NCBI GenBank assembly: GCA_965240325.2
Contig: OZ251231.1
Location: 992,001-1,056,000 of the forward strand
DNA length: 64,000 nt
Origin: Rebecca billardiae RCC1528
Lineage: Eukaryota; Protista; Haptophyta
Direction of reading: 5' to 3'
Below, in pieces: positions 10,315 to 22,574 of the stretch. Under the pieces are notes generated by a model. That model searched no databases. It worked only from the letters and a program-made list of their open reading frames with translations, and was not told where the DNA came from. The translations under genes were made by a program, and so were the position numbers. Positions within the stretch are counted from its first letter, which is position 1. Every line of letters begins with the position of its first letter.

Positions 10315-11616
10315 TCAGCGTCTTGTCGTCATCGAATCAGTCCGACTGGTGCTGCCGGCGTCATCACCATTTTTGCCGGCATCGCCGCTCGTGGCCAGCT
10401 GCGTGCCGTGATCCACGGCGGCTGCGCAGTGCTGCTTGCGCCAGAAGCACACCGCGCCGTCCGCACAGGCACAGATCAGGATGTCGCCAACGCACTGCAG
10501 GCACTTCACGCCGTCAGGCGTGGCAAGCCGCATGATCGCAGAGCCATCTCGCACGTTCCACAGCTTGACAGCCTCCTCAAAGCGGTAGGCGCTGGCGAGA
10601 AAGTGCCCACGGCACACAGCCAGGGCGAGGCCGAGCCCCTCCGCAGTGGTCGACTCGTCGAGCGCGTCAATGGTCACGTGTGGCTCCCAGCGGCCCCGCC
10701 CGATCACAGGCTCATCGTACCACCGCCACGTGTGGATGTCGCCGAACCAGTCAGCGGCGGCGAGCACTCCGCCGCCGAGCAGCGCGAGCGCGCTCGACTC
10801 CGCGGCATCATCACCGCGCAGCACGTGCGTGAGCATGGGCTGCTCGCCGGCCATCTCGCACTCAAACGTGTGGATTCGGCCGGAGCAGCCCACGGCAATC
10901 GTGGAGCCGCGCGTCGCGAGACAGGCGACGCCGGGGGCGTGCGAGAGGAGGGGGCGGAGCAGCTCGCCGGTATCTGCGCGGAAGCACGCCACCTCGGTGT
11001 CCTCGCCGCCGGCGATGATGAGCCCCATGCACGCCGCGAGCGCGCTGACGGTCGTGCATCCCGACTGTACATCCAGCCGGGTGCTGCCACCGCCAGCGAG
11101 CGAGAGCACGCGCACGCGGCCCTGCTGATCAGCCGATGCAGATGCGACCGCGACGTCGGCGGGGGCGCCCCCAAGCACGGCCAATGCGTCGTAGCCCTCC
11201 AGCCGAGGCACGATGTGAAGCTTCCTGCCGTCCGTCGTGCCTGCCCACATGAGCAGGCCGCACTGCGCACCGGCGATGAGCCACGGCACACCGAAGATCT
11301 GCGGCTGCTCCGGCGCGATGCATAGGACGCCAAGCTGGTTCCAGTGCATGGATTCCTGCGTCCCCCACGCGCGAGCATCTGCATGGTAGATTTCGCGGAT
11401 CCAGCCCCGCGGCGGCCGGTCGCTCGCAGGTGGCGACAGCCCCTCGATCACCGATCGTGCCGCCTCATCGGCACAGCCGAGGAGGCGGCACACGCGCATG
11501 CACGTGGAAAGATCGACGGCGCCATCGCCAAGATCATCGTCGCACAAGCGAGCAAGGACCTGCACGAGCAGATCCCCGGGCAGGTCCAAGAGGGTCGCAA
11601 CCGGCGATGGCTCCAT
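10315..11616 (-). CDS. F-box/WD40-repeat protein
   Basis: F-box start LLDLPGDLLVQVLARL; WD-like repeats (IIAGGEDTEVACF, AVKLWNV, CACADGAVCFW). Confidence 0.75.
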   Translation of the reverse strand: MEPSPVATLLDLPGDLLVQVLARLCDDDLGDGAVDLSTCMRVCRLLGCADEAARSVIEGLSPPASDRPPRGWIREIYHADARAWGTQESMHWNQLGVLCIAPEQPQIFGVPWLIAGAQCGLLMWAGTTDGRKLHIVPRLEGYDALAVLGGAPADVAVASASADQQGRVRVLSLAGGGSTRLDVQSGCTTVSALAACMGLIIAGGEDTEVACFRADTGELLRPLLSHAPGVACLATRGSTIAVGCSGRIHTFECEMAGEQPMLTHVLRGDDAAESSALALLGGGVLAAADWFGDIHTWRWYDEPVIGRGRWEPHVTIDALDESTTAEGLGLALAVCRGHFLASAYRFEEAVKLWNVRDGSAIMRLATPDGVKCLQCVGDILICACADGAVCFWRKQHCAAAVDHGTQLATSGDAGKNGDDAGSTSRTDSMTTRR

Positions 11617-11878
11617 GTGCGGCCGGCCGTGGCCGTCCCCGGTCGGTTTTTCAGGCGGAAACAAACCGAAACAAATCATCTGCGGAAGCACTGCGGGCGA
11701 AATTGGGCGCGTCTTTTGACGCGACTCTTTTCCGACCGGCCTCGTCAACTGAACGGAGAACATGGTGCCCGTGATTGATCACGTCGACACGTGCCGTGCC
11801 GTCGCACCGCACAGATGCACGGACCGGAGTCGCGTCTAGGTGCACCACCTCTCGTCACGGGGCCGGCGTCCGCGAGAC

Positions 11879-12538
11879 TCACATGAGAGCACAGCCCGCC
11901 CATGCACCCCCAGCCTGCTCCTCATCGGCGCGTACGACGCCGCTGACACCGTCGCGCGCCTCACGCTGCCTCTGCGCGCGGACTGCTGCGAGCCACACCT
12001 CGCGCTGGCCCCAAGAATCGGGCGCGTCCCACGCGGGCACGCGCTCCGCGTCTGCGGGGAGCACGCGCCAGTGCGTGTAGTCCCCACAGCCGACGTGGCA
12101 CGCCCAGGTCACGTTGCCGAACGCCTCCACGCCCTCGTGCTGATAGCGGTACATCGGGTGGGGGATGCGCTGCGTGCGGCCGCAGCGCTCGCACTGGTAG
12201 CGAAGCACGTTGGTGACGCCGATGCGACACGCGGCGCACAGCCCGCTGTTGTCTGTCATCGGCCGCTGCTGGCAGCACATGCGGCAGGAGCCCATGCGCG
12301 TCTCGACGCGGCTGACGACGCCGTCAGCGTCGATGCGGATGAAGCCGCAGCCGATCGGACATTGCCCAACACCGTCCTGCCCGCCCTCGCAGATGAGCTC
12401 GATGCATCGGCGACAGTAGAAAGTCGTCGAAGTGGATGATCCACAGCACGGCATGTCCACGCGCTCATCCCGACCGCTCACGTAGCATACAGCGCATAGT
12501 TCCTCAGTCGGAGCCGACGCTTCCGCTTCCGCTGCCAT
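11879..12538 (-). CDS. RING-type/Cys-rich zinc-finger protein
   Basis: CAVC...MPCC...YCRRC...CPIGC followed by further CxxC pairs. Confidence 0.7.
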   Translation of the reverse strand: MAAEAEASAPTEELCAVCYVSGRDERVDMPCCGSSTSTTFYCRRCIELICEGGQDGVGQCPIGCGFIRIDADGVVSRVETRMGSCRMCCQQRPMTDNSGLCAACRIGVTNVLRYQCERCGRTQRIPHPMYRYQHEGVEAFGNVTWACHVGCGDYTHWRVLPADAERVPAWDAPDSWGQREVWLAAVRAQRQREARDGVSGVVRADEEQAGGAWAGCALM

Positions 12539-12744
12539 TCTTAGTGAGGAGTGGACTGGTCGCGCGGTCGCGCCCTGCGAACCGGTACTGTATTGTACGG
12601 TTCCCGATTGTACCAGTAAAACGCCAACGCAAGGCCTGGGCCAACGGCAGCTTGGGCCTTGGGGGCGCGGTCGCGCTCGGTGGGTTGAGGCGCGGGCCGT
12701 CTCAGCCACGCTGCTCACACGCGTGTGCCTAGTGTCGGGTGGCC

Positions 12745-13188
12745 ATGGCGCTGAAGGTCGCCTACTGGGTCATCGAGCGCGCGGCAGAGCCGATCAGCAA
12801 CGTCATCGAGCGCGTGGCTGCGCGATCACCTCGATTCCAGCAGATGAGCCGCAAGCTGGCCCGCCATCACAGTCGGAGGGCTTCGGCACGGCATGACTCC
12901 ATCTTCGGCGAGCCCGCCATGTTCAGCACGCTGACAGACGAGCAAGCCAGCAAGGTTGGCGCAGAAATTCTTGGCGAGTGCATCGTGTGGACTGTTGGGT
13001 TGACGGTGCTTGCGCACAGGAGCTACACCGAGTCTCGGCACGAGAAAGATCAGCAGGCGCGATTGAGAGGCATGGAACAGCGCATTGCCGAACTGGAACA
13101 CCACATCGAGGCCATGGACTCGCTCCACTTGCACCGGACCGATTCACGCCGCTTGCACAGAGCCGACTCGGCTCGAGCCGGAGTTTGA
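12745..13188 (+). CDS. OPA3: OPA3-like mitochondrial protein
   Basis: LKVAYWVIERAAEPISNVI...LTDEQASKVGAEILGECIVWTVG plus a C-terminal coiled coil, matching the OPA3 family pattern. Confidence 0.75.
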   Translation: MALKVAYWVIERAAEPISNVIERVAARSPRFQQMSRKLARHHSRRASARHDSIFGEPAMFSTLTDEQASKVGAEILGECIVWTVGLTVLAHRSYTESRHEKDQQARLRGMEQRIAELEHHIEAMDSLHLHRTDSRRLHRADSARAGV

Positions 13189-13643
13189 ATCACGGTGCAG
13201 AACGCGCGATCGAGCACAGAGGCGTTTCTCAGAGGCGATGTGCGGGGCGCATCCGAGCCATGGCTTCGCACGTCACATCACGATGCGGGCAGCGAGCGGG
13301 CGGGTCTATCGGCTTCATCAGTCGACGACTGCTGCCCAACCCGCTGCCTAACTAGCTTCGCAGCTCAGCATCAGAACTCTCAACAGTCAACTCACGCAGC
13401 ATTGTAGTCACTACTGTAGCTGTATCAGTAGTCATCTGCTACTATCTAGTCCGTGCGTGACGTGTGAGTTTTAGTGTCGTGATGAGTAGTCAATGATGTA
13501 GCAGTCATGTCATCATCGTCGATCGACTGATGCCACGGACACGGTAGTGAGTACTGATTCACTACTGAGCGAGCCGCCTGAGCGCCGAGCGCGGACGACT
13601 CCGGCAGAGTCAGACGACGAGACTCTGCTGATGAGTGCGCTGC

Positions 13644-16223
13644 TTAAGAGATGGCGCATGTGTGGCACGGGCCCGTGGTCTTGACGCCCGGTCGCGCGCC
13701 GCGCTCGCGCAGGTACGCCACCACCGCGTCGTGCCCGTTGCGCACAGCCTCGTCGAGCGGCGTGTGGCCCCATCGGTCGTACGGGCTCGAGTCGACGTGC
13801 AGCGACTCGAGCAGCTGCCTGCACGCGTCTAGCCGGCCCTCGGCCGCCGCCACGTGCAGCGGCGCGCGCGAGTCGTAGTCGACGCTCGAGGCGAGCTCCG
13901 GCCCGTGCTTCTGCGCGAGCTGGTGCAGCACGTGCACCTGGCCGCGCGCCGCGGCGAAGCACATGGCGCACGTGGCCGCCTCGAGCGCGGCGCCGTCGCT
14001 CATCTGGATCGACGCCGCCGACGCCGCTCCGCGCGCCGCGCCGCGCTCGACGAGGAACTGCGCGACGCGGTCGTGCCGCTCGCGCTCGGCCTCGTCGAGC
14101 GGCGTCGCGCCCCAGCGGTCGGCGAGCGACGGGTTGGCCGCCGCCTGGTCGACCAGGTACCGGACGGCCTCGAGCTGGCCCTCGGCGGCGGCCAGGTGCA
14201 GCGGCGTGCGCTTGTCGTAGTCGCCGTCGTTCACGCCAAAGCCGCGCACCCACCCGCCGCTCTCCGCCTCCGCCTCGGCGCTGCGGGCGACCAGCTCCTT
14301 GAGCTGCTCCACCTTGCCCGCGGCGGCGGCGTGGCACATGAGCGCGGCGTGCAGGTCGTGGCGCAGCCGGCGCGCGGGCGCGCCCTTTGGCGAGAAGCCC
14401 CTCGGCCCGTCGCCCCCAGCCGCCGCCGCCGCCGCCGCCGCCGCACGGCCGCCGCCGCCGCCGCCCGCCGAGCCGAGCGCGCCCGGCGCGCCCGCCTCCG
14501 GCGCAGCGTCCGCCTCATCCGAGTGCAGCACGGCGTCGACGATCGACACGCGCTTCGCGCCCTTCACGGCGCCGCGCGCGAGCAGGTACTCGGCGACGGC
14601 CGCGTGCCCGTGCCGGCGCGCGTCGTCGAGCGGCGTGCCGCCCCAGCGGTCGACAGGGCTCACGCTCGCGCCCGCCTCCTCGGCCAAGAACTGGACGGCG
14701 TCGAGCAGCCCTTCGGAGGCGGCGAGGTGGATGGGCGTGCGCATGTCGTAGTCGCCCGCGTTCACGTCGACGCCGTGCTCCTTGAGCTGGCGCATCTGCG
14801 CGACGTCGCCCTTCGCGGCGGCCTCGCACATGTCGCCGACGGTCGCGTCCTGCCGCGTGCCGCGCGTCGCGCCCGCCTTGGTCAGGTACTCGACGACGGC
14901 GTCGTGCTTGTGCCGGAGCGCGTCGTCGAGCGGCGTGCCGCCCCAGCGGTCGACGGGGCTCACGTCCGCCCTCGCCTCCTTCACGAGCAGCTCGGCCATC
15001 TCCAACCTCCCCTCGGACGCGGCGAGGTGCAGCGCGGTGCGCTTGTCGTAGTCGCCCTGGTCCACGTCCGCGCCCTGCGCGATCAGCACGCGCAGCGCCA
15101 GCAGGTTGCCCTGCGCCGCCGCGTCGCACAGGTTCATCGACTGCTCGGCCGTGTGCTTGGCGTCGGCGCCGCCGAGCGCGCGCGCCGTGTACCCGCCCTG
15201 CGCCGTGAGGAACGCCGCGACGGACTTGTGCTTGGAGCGGATCGCGTCGTCGAGCGGCGTGCCGCCCCATCGGTCGACCGGGTTCACCCGCGCGCCCGCC
15301 TCGTCGACGAGGAACTCGACGACGGGCAGCAGCCCCTCGGAGGCGGCGAGGTGGAGCGCGGTGCGCTTGTCGTAGTCGCCCTTGTTCGCCGCGTCCGCGC
15401 CCAGCTCGGCGACGATCCGCCGCAGCTCGGCCAGGTCGCCGTTCGCCGCCGATTCGATGAGCGCCGCCGCCGTGTCGATCTCTTTGGTCGGCCGCCGAGG
15501 CCCGAGGCCCGAGCCCGCCGCGCCCGCCACGCCGCCCTGCGCGCGCAGGTACGCCTCGACCTCGGCGTGGCGCGAGCGCGCGGCGTCGTCCACCGGCGTG
15601 TAGCCCCAGCGGTCGAGCGGGCTGAGCGCGCAGCCCGCCTCCTCCGCGAGGTACTTGACGGCGTCGAGCGCGCCCTCGGACGCGGCGAGGTGGATGGGCG
15701 TGCGCTTGTCGTAGTCTCCCACGCCAAGGTCGACGCCCTCCGCGCGCATCTGGCGCAGCAGCTCGACGTCGCCGCGCGCGGCCGCGTCGCACACCTCGGA
15801 CGAGGCGTACGGCTGCAGGCTGCCCGACGTGGTGGCGCGCTTCTGCGCGCCCGTGCCCTTCCGCGCGCCCTTCGCCAGCAGCAGGTCGACCACGTCCTTG
15901 TGCTTGGAGCGGATCGCGTCGTCGAGCGGCGTGTTGCCCCAGCGGTCGACCGGTGAGATGTTGGCGCCGCACTCCTCGATCAGGAAGCCGACGACCTCGG
16001 CGAGCCCCTCGGAGGCGGCGAGGTGGAGCGCGGTGCGCCGGTCGTAGTCGCCCTCGTCCACCGGCGTGCCGCCGTCGACCAGCGCCCTCAGCTGGCCCAG
16101 GTCGGAGTGCGCGGCCGCCTCGCACAGCGCCGTCGAGGCCGCGTACCGAGATTGAATCTCGACCTCGTCCTCGCCCACGTACATGCCAAACTCCTCCTCG
16201 AGCACGTCGACCTCGCGCCTGTT

Positions 16224-16262
<39 letters not shown>

Positions 16263-17770
16263 GCCGTCCCTCGGGTCGAGCGCGCCCGCGCCCAGCAGCG
16301 GCTTGAGCGGCGCCTCGATCTCGCGCGCGTACAGCTTGTCCCAGTCGAGCCCTGCGCGCGGCGCGCGGCGCGCGCGGCGTGCGCGGCGTGCGCGGCGTGC
16401 GCGGCGTGCGCGGTGTGCGCGTGCATGGCCTTCCGCACGCGCGGCGCGGTCGGGAGGGCGGTGGTGCGGCACGCCCGGCGCGGCGGCGCGCGCGTGCGCT
16501 CTCGCGCCGCGCGCGCGCACCGTCAAAGAAGGGGTGGCGCTTGAGCTCCTCCACGCCCTCGGCGCCGCAGCACATGCGCTTCTGCGTCGAGACGGTGAGC
16601 AGCCGCTTGATCAGGTCGGCGGCGTGCTTCGAGAGCGAGCTGTGCGGGGTGAGCACGCGGTGGGCGCGCGAGCGCCGACGCGCGCGCGCACGCAGGGGTT
16701 CGCTTGCACGGCGCACGCGGGCGGGCTCCGTGCGCGCGCGGGAGCGCCGCGCCAAGCAGGGCAGGCGGGGGGCGCCGCGACGCGCACGCGCGCGCGCACC
16801 GAGGCAGCGGCTTGAGGTGCTTGCCCTTCTTGAACGACTCGAGGCGCGCGTTCATGTTGTCGCTCTCGAGGCCGACGAGCGGGAGATCGCCCGTGATCAT
16901 CTCGCAGAACAGCAGCCCGAGTGCCCACCAGTCCACCGACTTTCCATAGTCCTTCTCGAGGAACATCTCGGGCGCGGAGAAGGCCATCGTCCCGATCATC
17001 GTGTTGAGCCGGCCGCGCGCGGGGCCGCGCTCGGCGGCCTCGGCGCCCGGCTCGGTCGGGGCCGCGGGCTGCAGCTTCTTCGCCAGCCCAAAGTCCGCCA
17101 GCTTCACGTGCCCGTCGTGCGCGACGAGAATGTTCTCAGGCTTGAGGTCGCGATACACGAACTCGTGCTTGTGCACGTGCGCGATCGCGAGCGCGATCTC
17201 GGCGATGTACAGCTGCGCCCACGCCTCGGGGAAGGTCTGGCGCTCGAGGTGAGAGTACAGGTCGCCGCCGCCAACGAATTCGAGGACGAAGTACACGTGG
17301 TTCGCGTCCTGGAACGCGTAGTGCAGCGTGACCACGAACGGGTGCTTGATCTCTTGCATCGCGGCCGACTCGGAGATCGCGCGCCGCGCGTCGCCCGAGC
17401 GGCGCATGTTGCGCTTGACGAGGACCTTGAGCGCGTACAGCTTCCCGCTCGACTTCTTGCGCACGAGCAGCACCGTGCCGAACCCACCCTCGCCCAGCTT
17501 GGAGAGCACGTCAAAGTCGGTGATCGAGAGCGTCGTGTCCGACTTTGGCACGCCGGGGATGGCGGACGTGCTCTCCGTGCCGTAGCTCTTGGTGCGGTCG
17601 ACGGGCACTTCGTGGCTCTCGATGCTATGCTCGTCGCTCGAGCGTGGCCTGGGGGCGCCCTTGTACAGCCTCCACGTCGCCGCCCTCGAGGGGGACGCGA
17701 GGAATGATGGCCCGATTCGGACGATACGCGGACCGCCACTCGGCGTGACGTTTGGGGGACTAGTGCTCAC
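13644..17770 (-). CDS. AGC-family Ser/Thr kinase fused to seven ankyrin modules with a C-terminal CaaX; introns 16640-16799 and 16352-16520; true start uncertain (probably an upstream exon)
   Basis: Kinase motifs LGEGGFG, YALK, YRDLKPEN, DFG, APE and DWWALG. Splicing restores the AGC tail (LKRHPFFDGLDWDKL). Seven DYDxRxxxHxAAxEG..DRWGxTP modules. No ATG lies in frame before the kinase domain. Confidence 0.85.
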
Positions 17771-18087
17771 TATTCAAGAGCCTGAAATTCTGACTATGAT
17801 ATCTGACTTTCTCGCGAGTAGTCAGTAGTCACCGACACCGAATCGAGTTTCCGACCGGGCGGCTCGCCTCCGACCGGCTCCGCTTGCCGCTCCTTACCGT
17901 CCTTAGTTCCGTTGGTAGCTGCTCGTTGAACGCGTCCGCGGTCGCTGGGGAGCGCCGCATCGCGGAGGGCGCAGCGGCACCAAGCCCGTCAGCACTGGAC
18001 AGCAGCAGCAGCAAGATGAGATCAGCATGACGACGAGATGCCGGATGGACATGAGTCGCGCCGTCACGGACTCAGCGTCCGCGCACC

Positions 18088-19701
18088 TCAGCCTGCCGAG
18101 CTCGGCGAGGCGGCGGCGGGTGGGACGAGGACGCGCAGCCGCTCGAGCGCGTGCCGGAGCAGTAGCCGGCGCGCGTCGTCGACGCTCGGGCGCTCCAGCA
18201 CTTCCCAAGTCCGCGTCTCGGCCACCCAGCGAACCACCACCGGCGCGCCCCCTTCAGCGCGCAGAATCGTCGCGGGCGCGCCCTCGAGCGCGAAGAAACG
18301 CGCGTGCGGCACGGAGTAGACCGCGCCGGAGAAGGCGACGCGCTTCGAGCCCGTGTGCTCCTCCGGAGGGCCCGCGTCGTCGGCGGCGGCGGCGGGAGCG
18401 ATCGCAGACGCCTCGGCCATGCGTGGTGCGCCGCATTGCACGCCGAGCATCGCGCACGCCTGCTGCGCGTGCCGTCGGCGCGCCGCCGTGTACAGCGTCG
18501 CCTCGCACTGGAGCAGCGCGTCGAGCTGTGCGCGCGCCGCCGACGGGAGCGCGCTGAGCACGTCGCGCGCGCTGAAGGGCGCCGGCATGGCGTTGCGCCT
18601 GAAGCGCCCCTCTCGCGCCCACGACCAGCGCTCCGCGGCGCGCCCGCCGTCCCGCTCGAGGACCTCGGCGCTCGGCCGCGTGCCCTGCGTCGCCTCGAGC
18701 GCGTATGCAATCATACGCACCGTGGTCGCCGGCCGCTCGGCCAGGCCGACCACGCCGATGCGTCGCAGGGCGGCGAGCGCGTGCGGCAGCAGCTCGGCGG
18801 AGGAGGCGCCGCGGAGCTGCGGCGCGGGGGTGAGCCACGTGCTCAGCCGCGGCCCGCGCACCCCGCACGCGAGCGGCGTGCCCTCCGCGCCGAGCTCCTC
18901 CACCTCCATCTCGACCCGGCGCGCGACGGCCGCGCTGGCGATGCCGAGGCTGAGGTTGACGGCGCGCATGCGCTCGGCGATCGCCCGGCTCAGCGCGACG
19001 CCCTCGGACGCGGCGGCCTCGGCGCGCGGCGCGGACGCGGCCTGCGTGGGCGTGCCTTGTGACGCAGCTCGCGGCTGGCCGGGCACGCATCCCGCGCCCC
19101 CCGCGCGCCCCTCCGCCGAGGGCAGCGGCGAGAATCTGAGCAGCTCGCACTCAGCCTCGTCCGCCGCGGCAAAGCCCGGAAGCGACGCGCGCGCCGCGAG
19201 CCGGCGCAGCTTGAAGAGGGTACCCGAGACGTAGAGCTCGCGCGGCTCGCGCAGCACGGTGATCACAACCACCGGGCGGTCGAGCGCGCCCAACATCCCG
19301 AAGAGGAGGTGGCCGGCGATCACATCGTGCGCCCGCACGTGCGCCGCCTGCGCGTCGCTCAGCTGCAGCGACATGTCTGCTGTCGAGGAGAGGTTGGCGT
19401 GGCCGAGCGCGTGCTCGGTGTCCATCCAGCGCGTGTACGCGAGATACCGCCGGCCGTGCGCCGCGCACCAGCGCTTGAGCAGCGCCTCCACCGTCGTGCC
19501 CATCGCCTTGAACACGTGGACAAACAGCGTCGCTCGGCGCGCAGACAGGTCGACGGTTGCGCCATCGGCGAGCGGGGCCCGAACAGTCAGCGGGGGCACC
19601 GTCAAGCTGGATGGGCGCACGTAGCTCCAGGCGAGCGCGCCGACGAGCAGGACGGCGACCGCGAGCGTCAGCCTCGCGGGCGAGGCTTGCTGTTGCAGCA
19701 T
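18088..19701 (-). CDS. Membrane-anchored sulfotransferase-like protein
   Basis: N-terminal TM segment, 5'-PAPS-like motif FVHVFKAMGTT and 3'-PAPS-like motif ITVLREPRELYVS. Confidence 0.65.
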   Translation of the reverse strand: MLQQQASPARLTLAVAVLLVGALAWSYVRPSSLTVPPLTVRAPLADGATVDLSARRATLFVHVFKAMGTTVEALLKRWCAAHGRRYLAYTRWMDTEHALGHANLSSTADMSLQLSDAQAAHVRAHDVIAGHLLFGMLGALDRPVVVITVLREPRELYVSGTLFKLRRLAARASLPGFAAADEAECELLRFSPLPSAEGRAGGAGCVPGQPRAASQGTPTQAASAPRAEAAASEGVALSRAIAERMRAVNLSLGIASAAVARRVEMEVEELGAEGTPLACGVRGPRLSTWLTPAPQLRGASSAELLPHALAALRRIGVVGLAERPATTVRMIAYALEATQGTRPSAEVLERDGGRAAERWSWAREGRFRRNAMPAPFSARDVLSALPSAARAQLDALLQCEATLYTAARRRHAQQACAMLGVQCGAPRMAEASAIAPAAAADDAGPPEEHTGSKRVAFSGAVYSVPHARFFALEGAPATILRAEGGAPVVVRWVAETRTWEVLERPSVDDARRLLLRHALERLRVLVPPAAASPSSAG

Positions 19702-19850
19702 AAGTCACGCCAGCCGGGCCGCAGCCGCCATCGTGCAACTCGCGATGCATGTCCCTCGACGAACAAGCCGGACGCACGCGCGTGTCGTCGCTCGAAGTTT
19801 TCGCGGCAGCAGTGGCAGCAGCGACTCGTCGTCGAGCGCACGCGAGGAGC

Positions 19851-20537
19851 ATGTTGCGTGCGGCTGCCCGGGCGTGCTGCAGGCGGGTGTCGGCCGGAAG
19901 GCCAGCGGGCTGGGCCGGGCTGGGTGCGTCCCCTGCGCGTGTCTATCATGGCTTCGGCGCGCTCGATGGCAGCCAGACGGTGAAGATGCACGGCACGACC
20001 GTCCTGTGCGTCCGAAAGGACAACCAGGTCTTCATGATTGCGGATGGCCAGGTGACCCTGGGCTCGAACACGATCAAGGGGAACGCGCGCAAAGTGCGCA
20101 AGCTGAAGGACAACGTGATCACTGGCTTCGCGGGAGGCACAGCGGACGCGCTCACGCTCTTTGAGCGGCTGGAGACGAAGCTGCAAGAGCACCCGGAGAC
20201 GATGCGCGCGTGCGTCGAGATGGCCAAGGCCTGGCGTACGGACAAGTTCCTGCGCCGGCTTGAGGCTGTGATGATCGTGGCTGACCCGCACGTGTCCCTC
20301 ATGCTCACGGGCACGGGAGACGTCATCGAGCCGGAGGATGGCGTCATCGGCGTCGGCTCGGGTGGCCAGTACGCACTCGCTGCGGCGCGCGCGCTGATTG
20401 ACGTCCCGGGGATGGATGCCGAGGCGGTCGCGCGCAAGGCGATGCAGATCGCGACGGAGGTGTGCATCTACACGAACGACAAGTACACGTTCGAAAAATT
20501 GGAGCTGCCGCCCGCGAAGGAGGACGCTGAGAAGTAG
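19851..20537 (+). CDS. hslV: HslV (ClpQ) protease subunit, probably mitochondrial
   Basis: [10 protein letters not shown] (catalytic Thr), [24 protein letters not shown]. Arg-rich presequence; alternative ATG at 19749. Confidence 0.95.
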   Translation: MLRAAARACCRRVSAGRPAGWAGLGASPARVYHGFGALDGSQTVKMHGTTVLCVRKDNQVFMIADGQVTLGSNTIKGNARKVRKLKDNVITGFAGGTADALTLFERLETKLQEHPETMRACVEMAKAWRTDKFLRRLEAVMIVADPHVSLMLTGTGDVIEPEDGVIGVGSGGQYALAAARALIDVPGMDAEAVARKAMQIATEVCIYTNDKYTFEKLELPPAKEDAEK

Positions 20538-21231
20538 CTTGCTTGCGCAGGCAGCTGGTTCGGCAGCTACACCGAGTTCACTGCGTGGGCCGCTGAGCAG
20601 CGCATCGGATTTATTCATGGAGTCACGGGCGCTGACCTCACTCTCAAACTCCTGGCTCCGCGACCACGGATTGCAGCTGCTGGACTGCTGTCGCTTCGCT
20701 GATCACACCGTGCCTACTGATTGAGCAATCATGGATTCATGCGCAGCACGCGTGCATCGTGCCAATCATTCGGCCTGCGGGCCCTGCGGCGCAGCCCGCA
20801 GAGTGACTGGCAAGTCTGGCAACGCGCGCGGCCGCCGGCCGGGCCGGCGAACGAGCGTCGCAGGGCCGCGCACGCGCCCGGCCTGGGCCTGGCCCACGCC
20901 CGCTCACGACCCCACGCGAGTCGTAACTATTATTGAACGTGCCCTCACCAATATATCTGCTATCGTCAGCATATCGTCAATATATTATATGATCGGCTAC
21001 GTCAGTCCGTCACTCCGTCACGCGGGCCGGACGGGCGGACGGCGGGACGCCGGACGGGCGACGCGGGTCCGCAAACTTATTGCTGATGATACAATTATAT
21101 TAGCGCGCGCATATGAACGAAATACACGCAGACGCCACGCTGCGGCGCGCGAACTGGCCTGGCGCCGCTCATAATGTCTCATACGAGCGCTTGCGCATGA
21201 TGCGCAGACTGTCAATCATCATCAGCGAACG

Positions 21232-22441
21232 CTACTGAGCGCCAGGTGTGGCCGAGGGCGAGGCGGTGTTTGTAGCGCGGAGCGGAGCCCACGCGACGTC
21301 GTGCCCGACGCGCTCGCTGTCTGGCAGTACTGACCAGTTGGGCGACTGCTGCGCGCGCAGCCAATTGAAGTCGTCCACCTGCTCCCACAAGTTGTCGTTT
21401 TTGTTGAGCCCTGCCCTTGCGAAGGCAGCCTCGTCCACCTCGCCCGCCTTTGAGTAGGGGGCAAACCGCAGCGTGTTGCAGTCCTGAGCACACAGCCCGC
21501 ACGTTGGGGGAGGGGGAGGGGGGTCAGCTGGTCGTTGGTTGAGTCGCTGGCGTGCGAAGGCCGAGGTCGTGCGGGAGGCTGCGCACGCCCGATCCACACA
21601 CCTCGATGATGGGATGCGAGCCGGCGTGGAGGTAGAAGTCGGTGCCTGCTGTCTTATGGCAGCGCAGCTGGCGGCATGCGAGCACGAACGTGCAGTCCGT
21701 GCACGAGTTGATGTGCACCGCACCCGCAATCGGGAGCGAGACGACGCGGCAACGGACGAGGCGGTCGACCCAGATGGCGGCGACGCCATCGGAAAGCTCG
21801 ATGTCGCAGTCCACGAGCTCGCTCAGCGCGAGGTCACCGTTGCTGCCCCGGGGCGGGGAGAGGACGAGCCGCTCGCGCTCCTTGCCGCGCACCTCCGCGC
21901 CGGCGTGACTCGTGGATGCCAGGGCCGGCGCGTCGGCAGGCTTGGCTGGGCCGGCTGTCGAGGCGTCGCCCACGGCGGGCGTCGCGGTCGCAGGCGTCGC
22001 GCTGCCCGCTGCGCCAACCGAGGTCACCTTCTCCCGGCTCTTGAAAGCGAAGCGCTTGCGAGGGGCGAGCTGCTCGCGCTTTGCGCGCACTGCCGCCTCC
22101 AGCTCCGATATGCTCCTGGTGGAGCGCTCGAGGGTCTGCGAGGGCAGGAACGAGCTCGCCGTGGCGACGCTCTGGTGCAGCTCCTGCACCTTGACGCCCA
22201 CGTCGTTCAGTTCAGCCGCCGCGGACGCGCCGTCGACGGCAGACTGCGTGTCGGCAAGCCCTCGCGCAAATGACGTCTCGAACGCAACCACGAGCTCGCG
22301 TGTGGACGAGTCCTCCGTGCCCTTCCGAGCCTCCCGCTGGCGCTCAAGCTCGAGCTTGCGAGCCGCCATCCGCTCGTCCATGTGCGCCTTCTTCCGCGCC
22401 GCTGTACTCTCGGCGTCATCGGCCTCAACGTCGGCTGGCAT
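21232..22441 (-). CDS. TBCC: Tubulin-binding cofactor C; intron 21484-21601
   Basis: PRKRFAFK, ACRQLRCH, HPIIE|DCNTLRFAPY and WEQVDDFNWLRAQQSPNW. Confidence 0.92.
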
Positions 22442-22574
22442 CCTAACGGGCGTGGGCAAACAGTGCCGCCGCGCGTGCTGAGCTCGGAGACGGGGCGGCG
22501 CGCGCCAAGCGAGCGCGCGACAGCTTTCCAGCAGTCAACGGTCTCTGGGGGGCGCACCAGCGGCGGCCCAGGAG

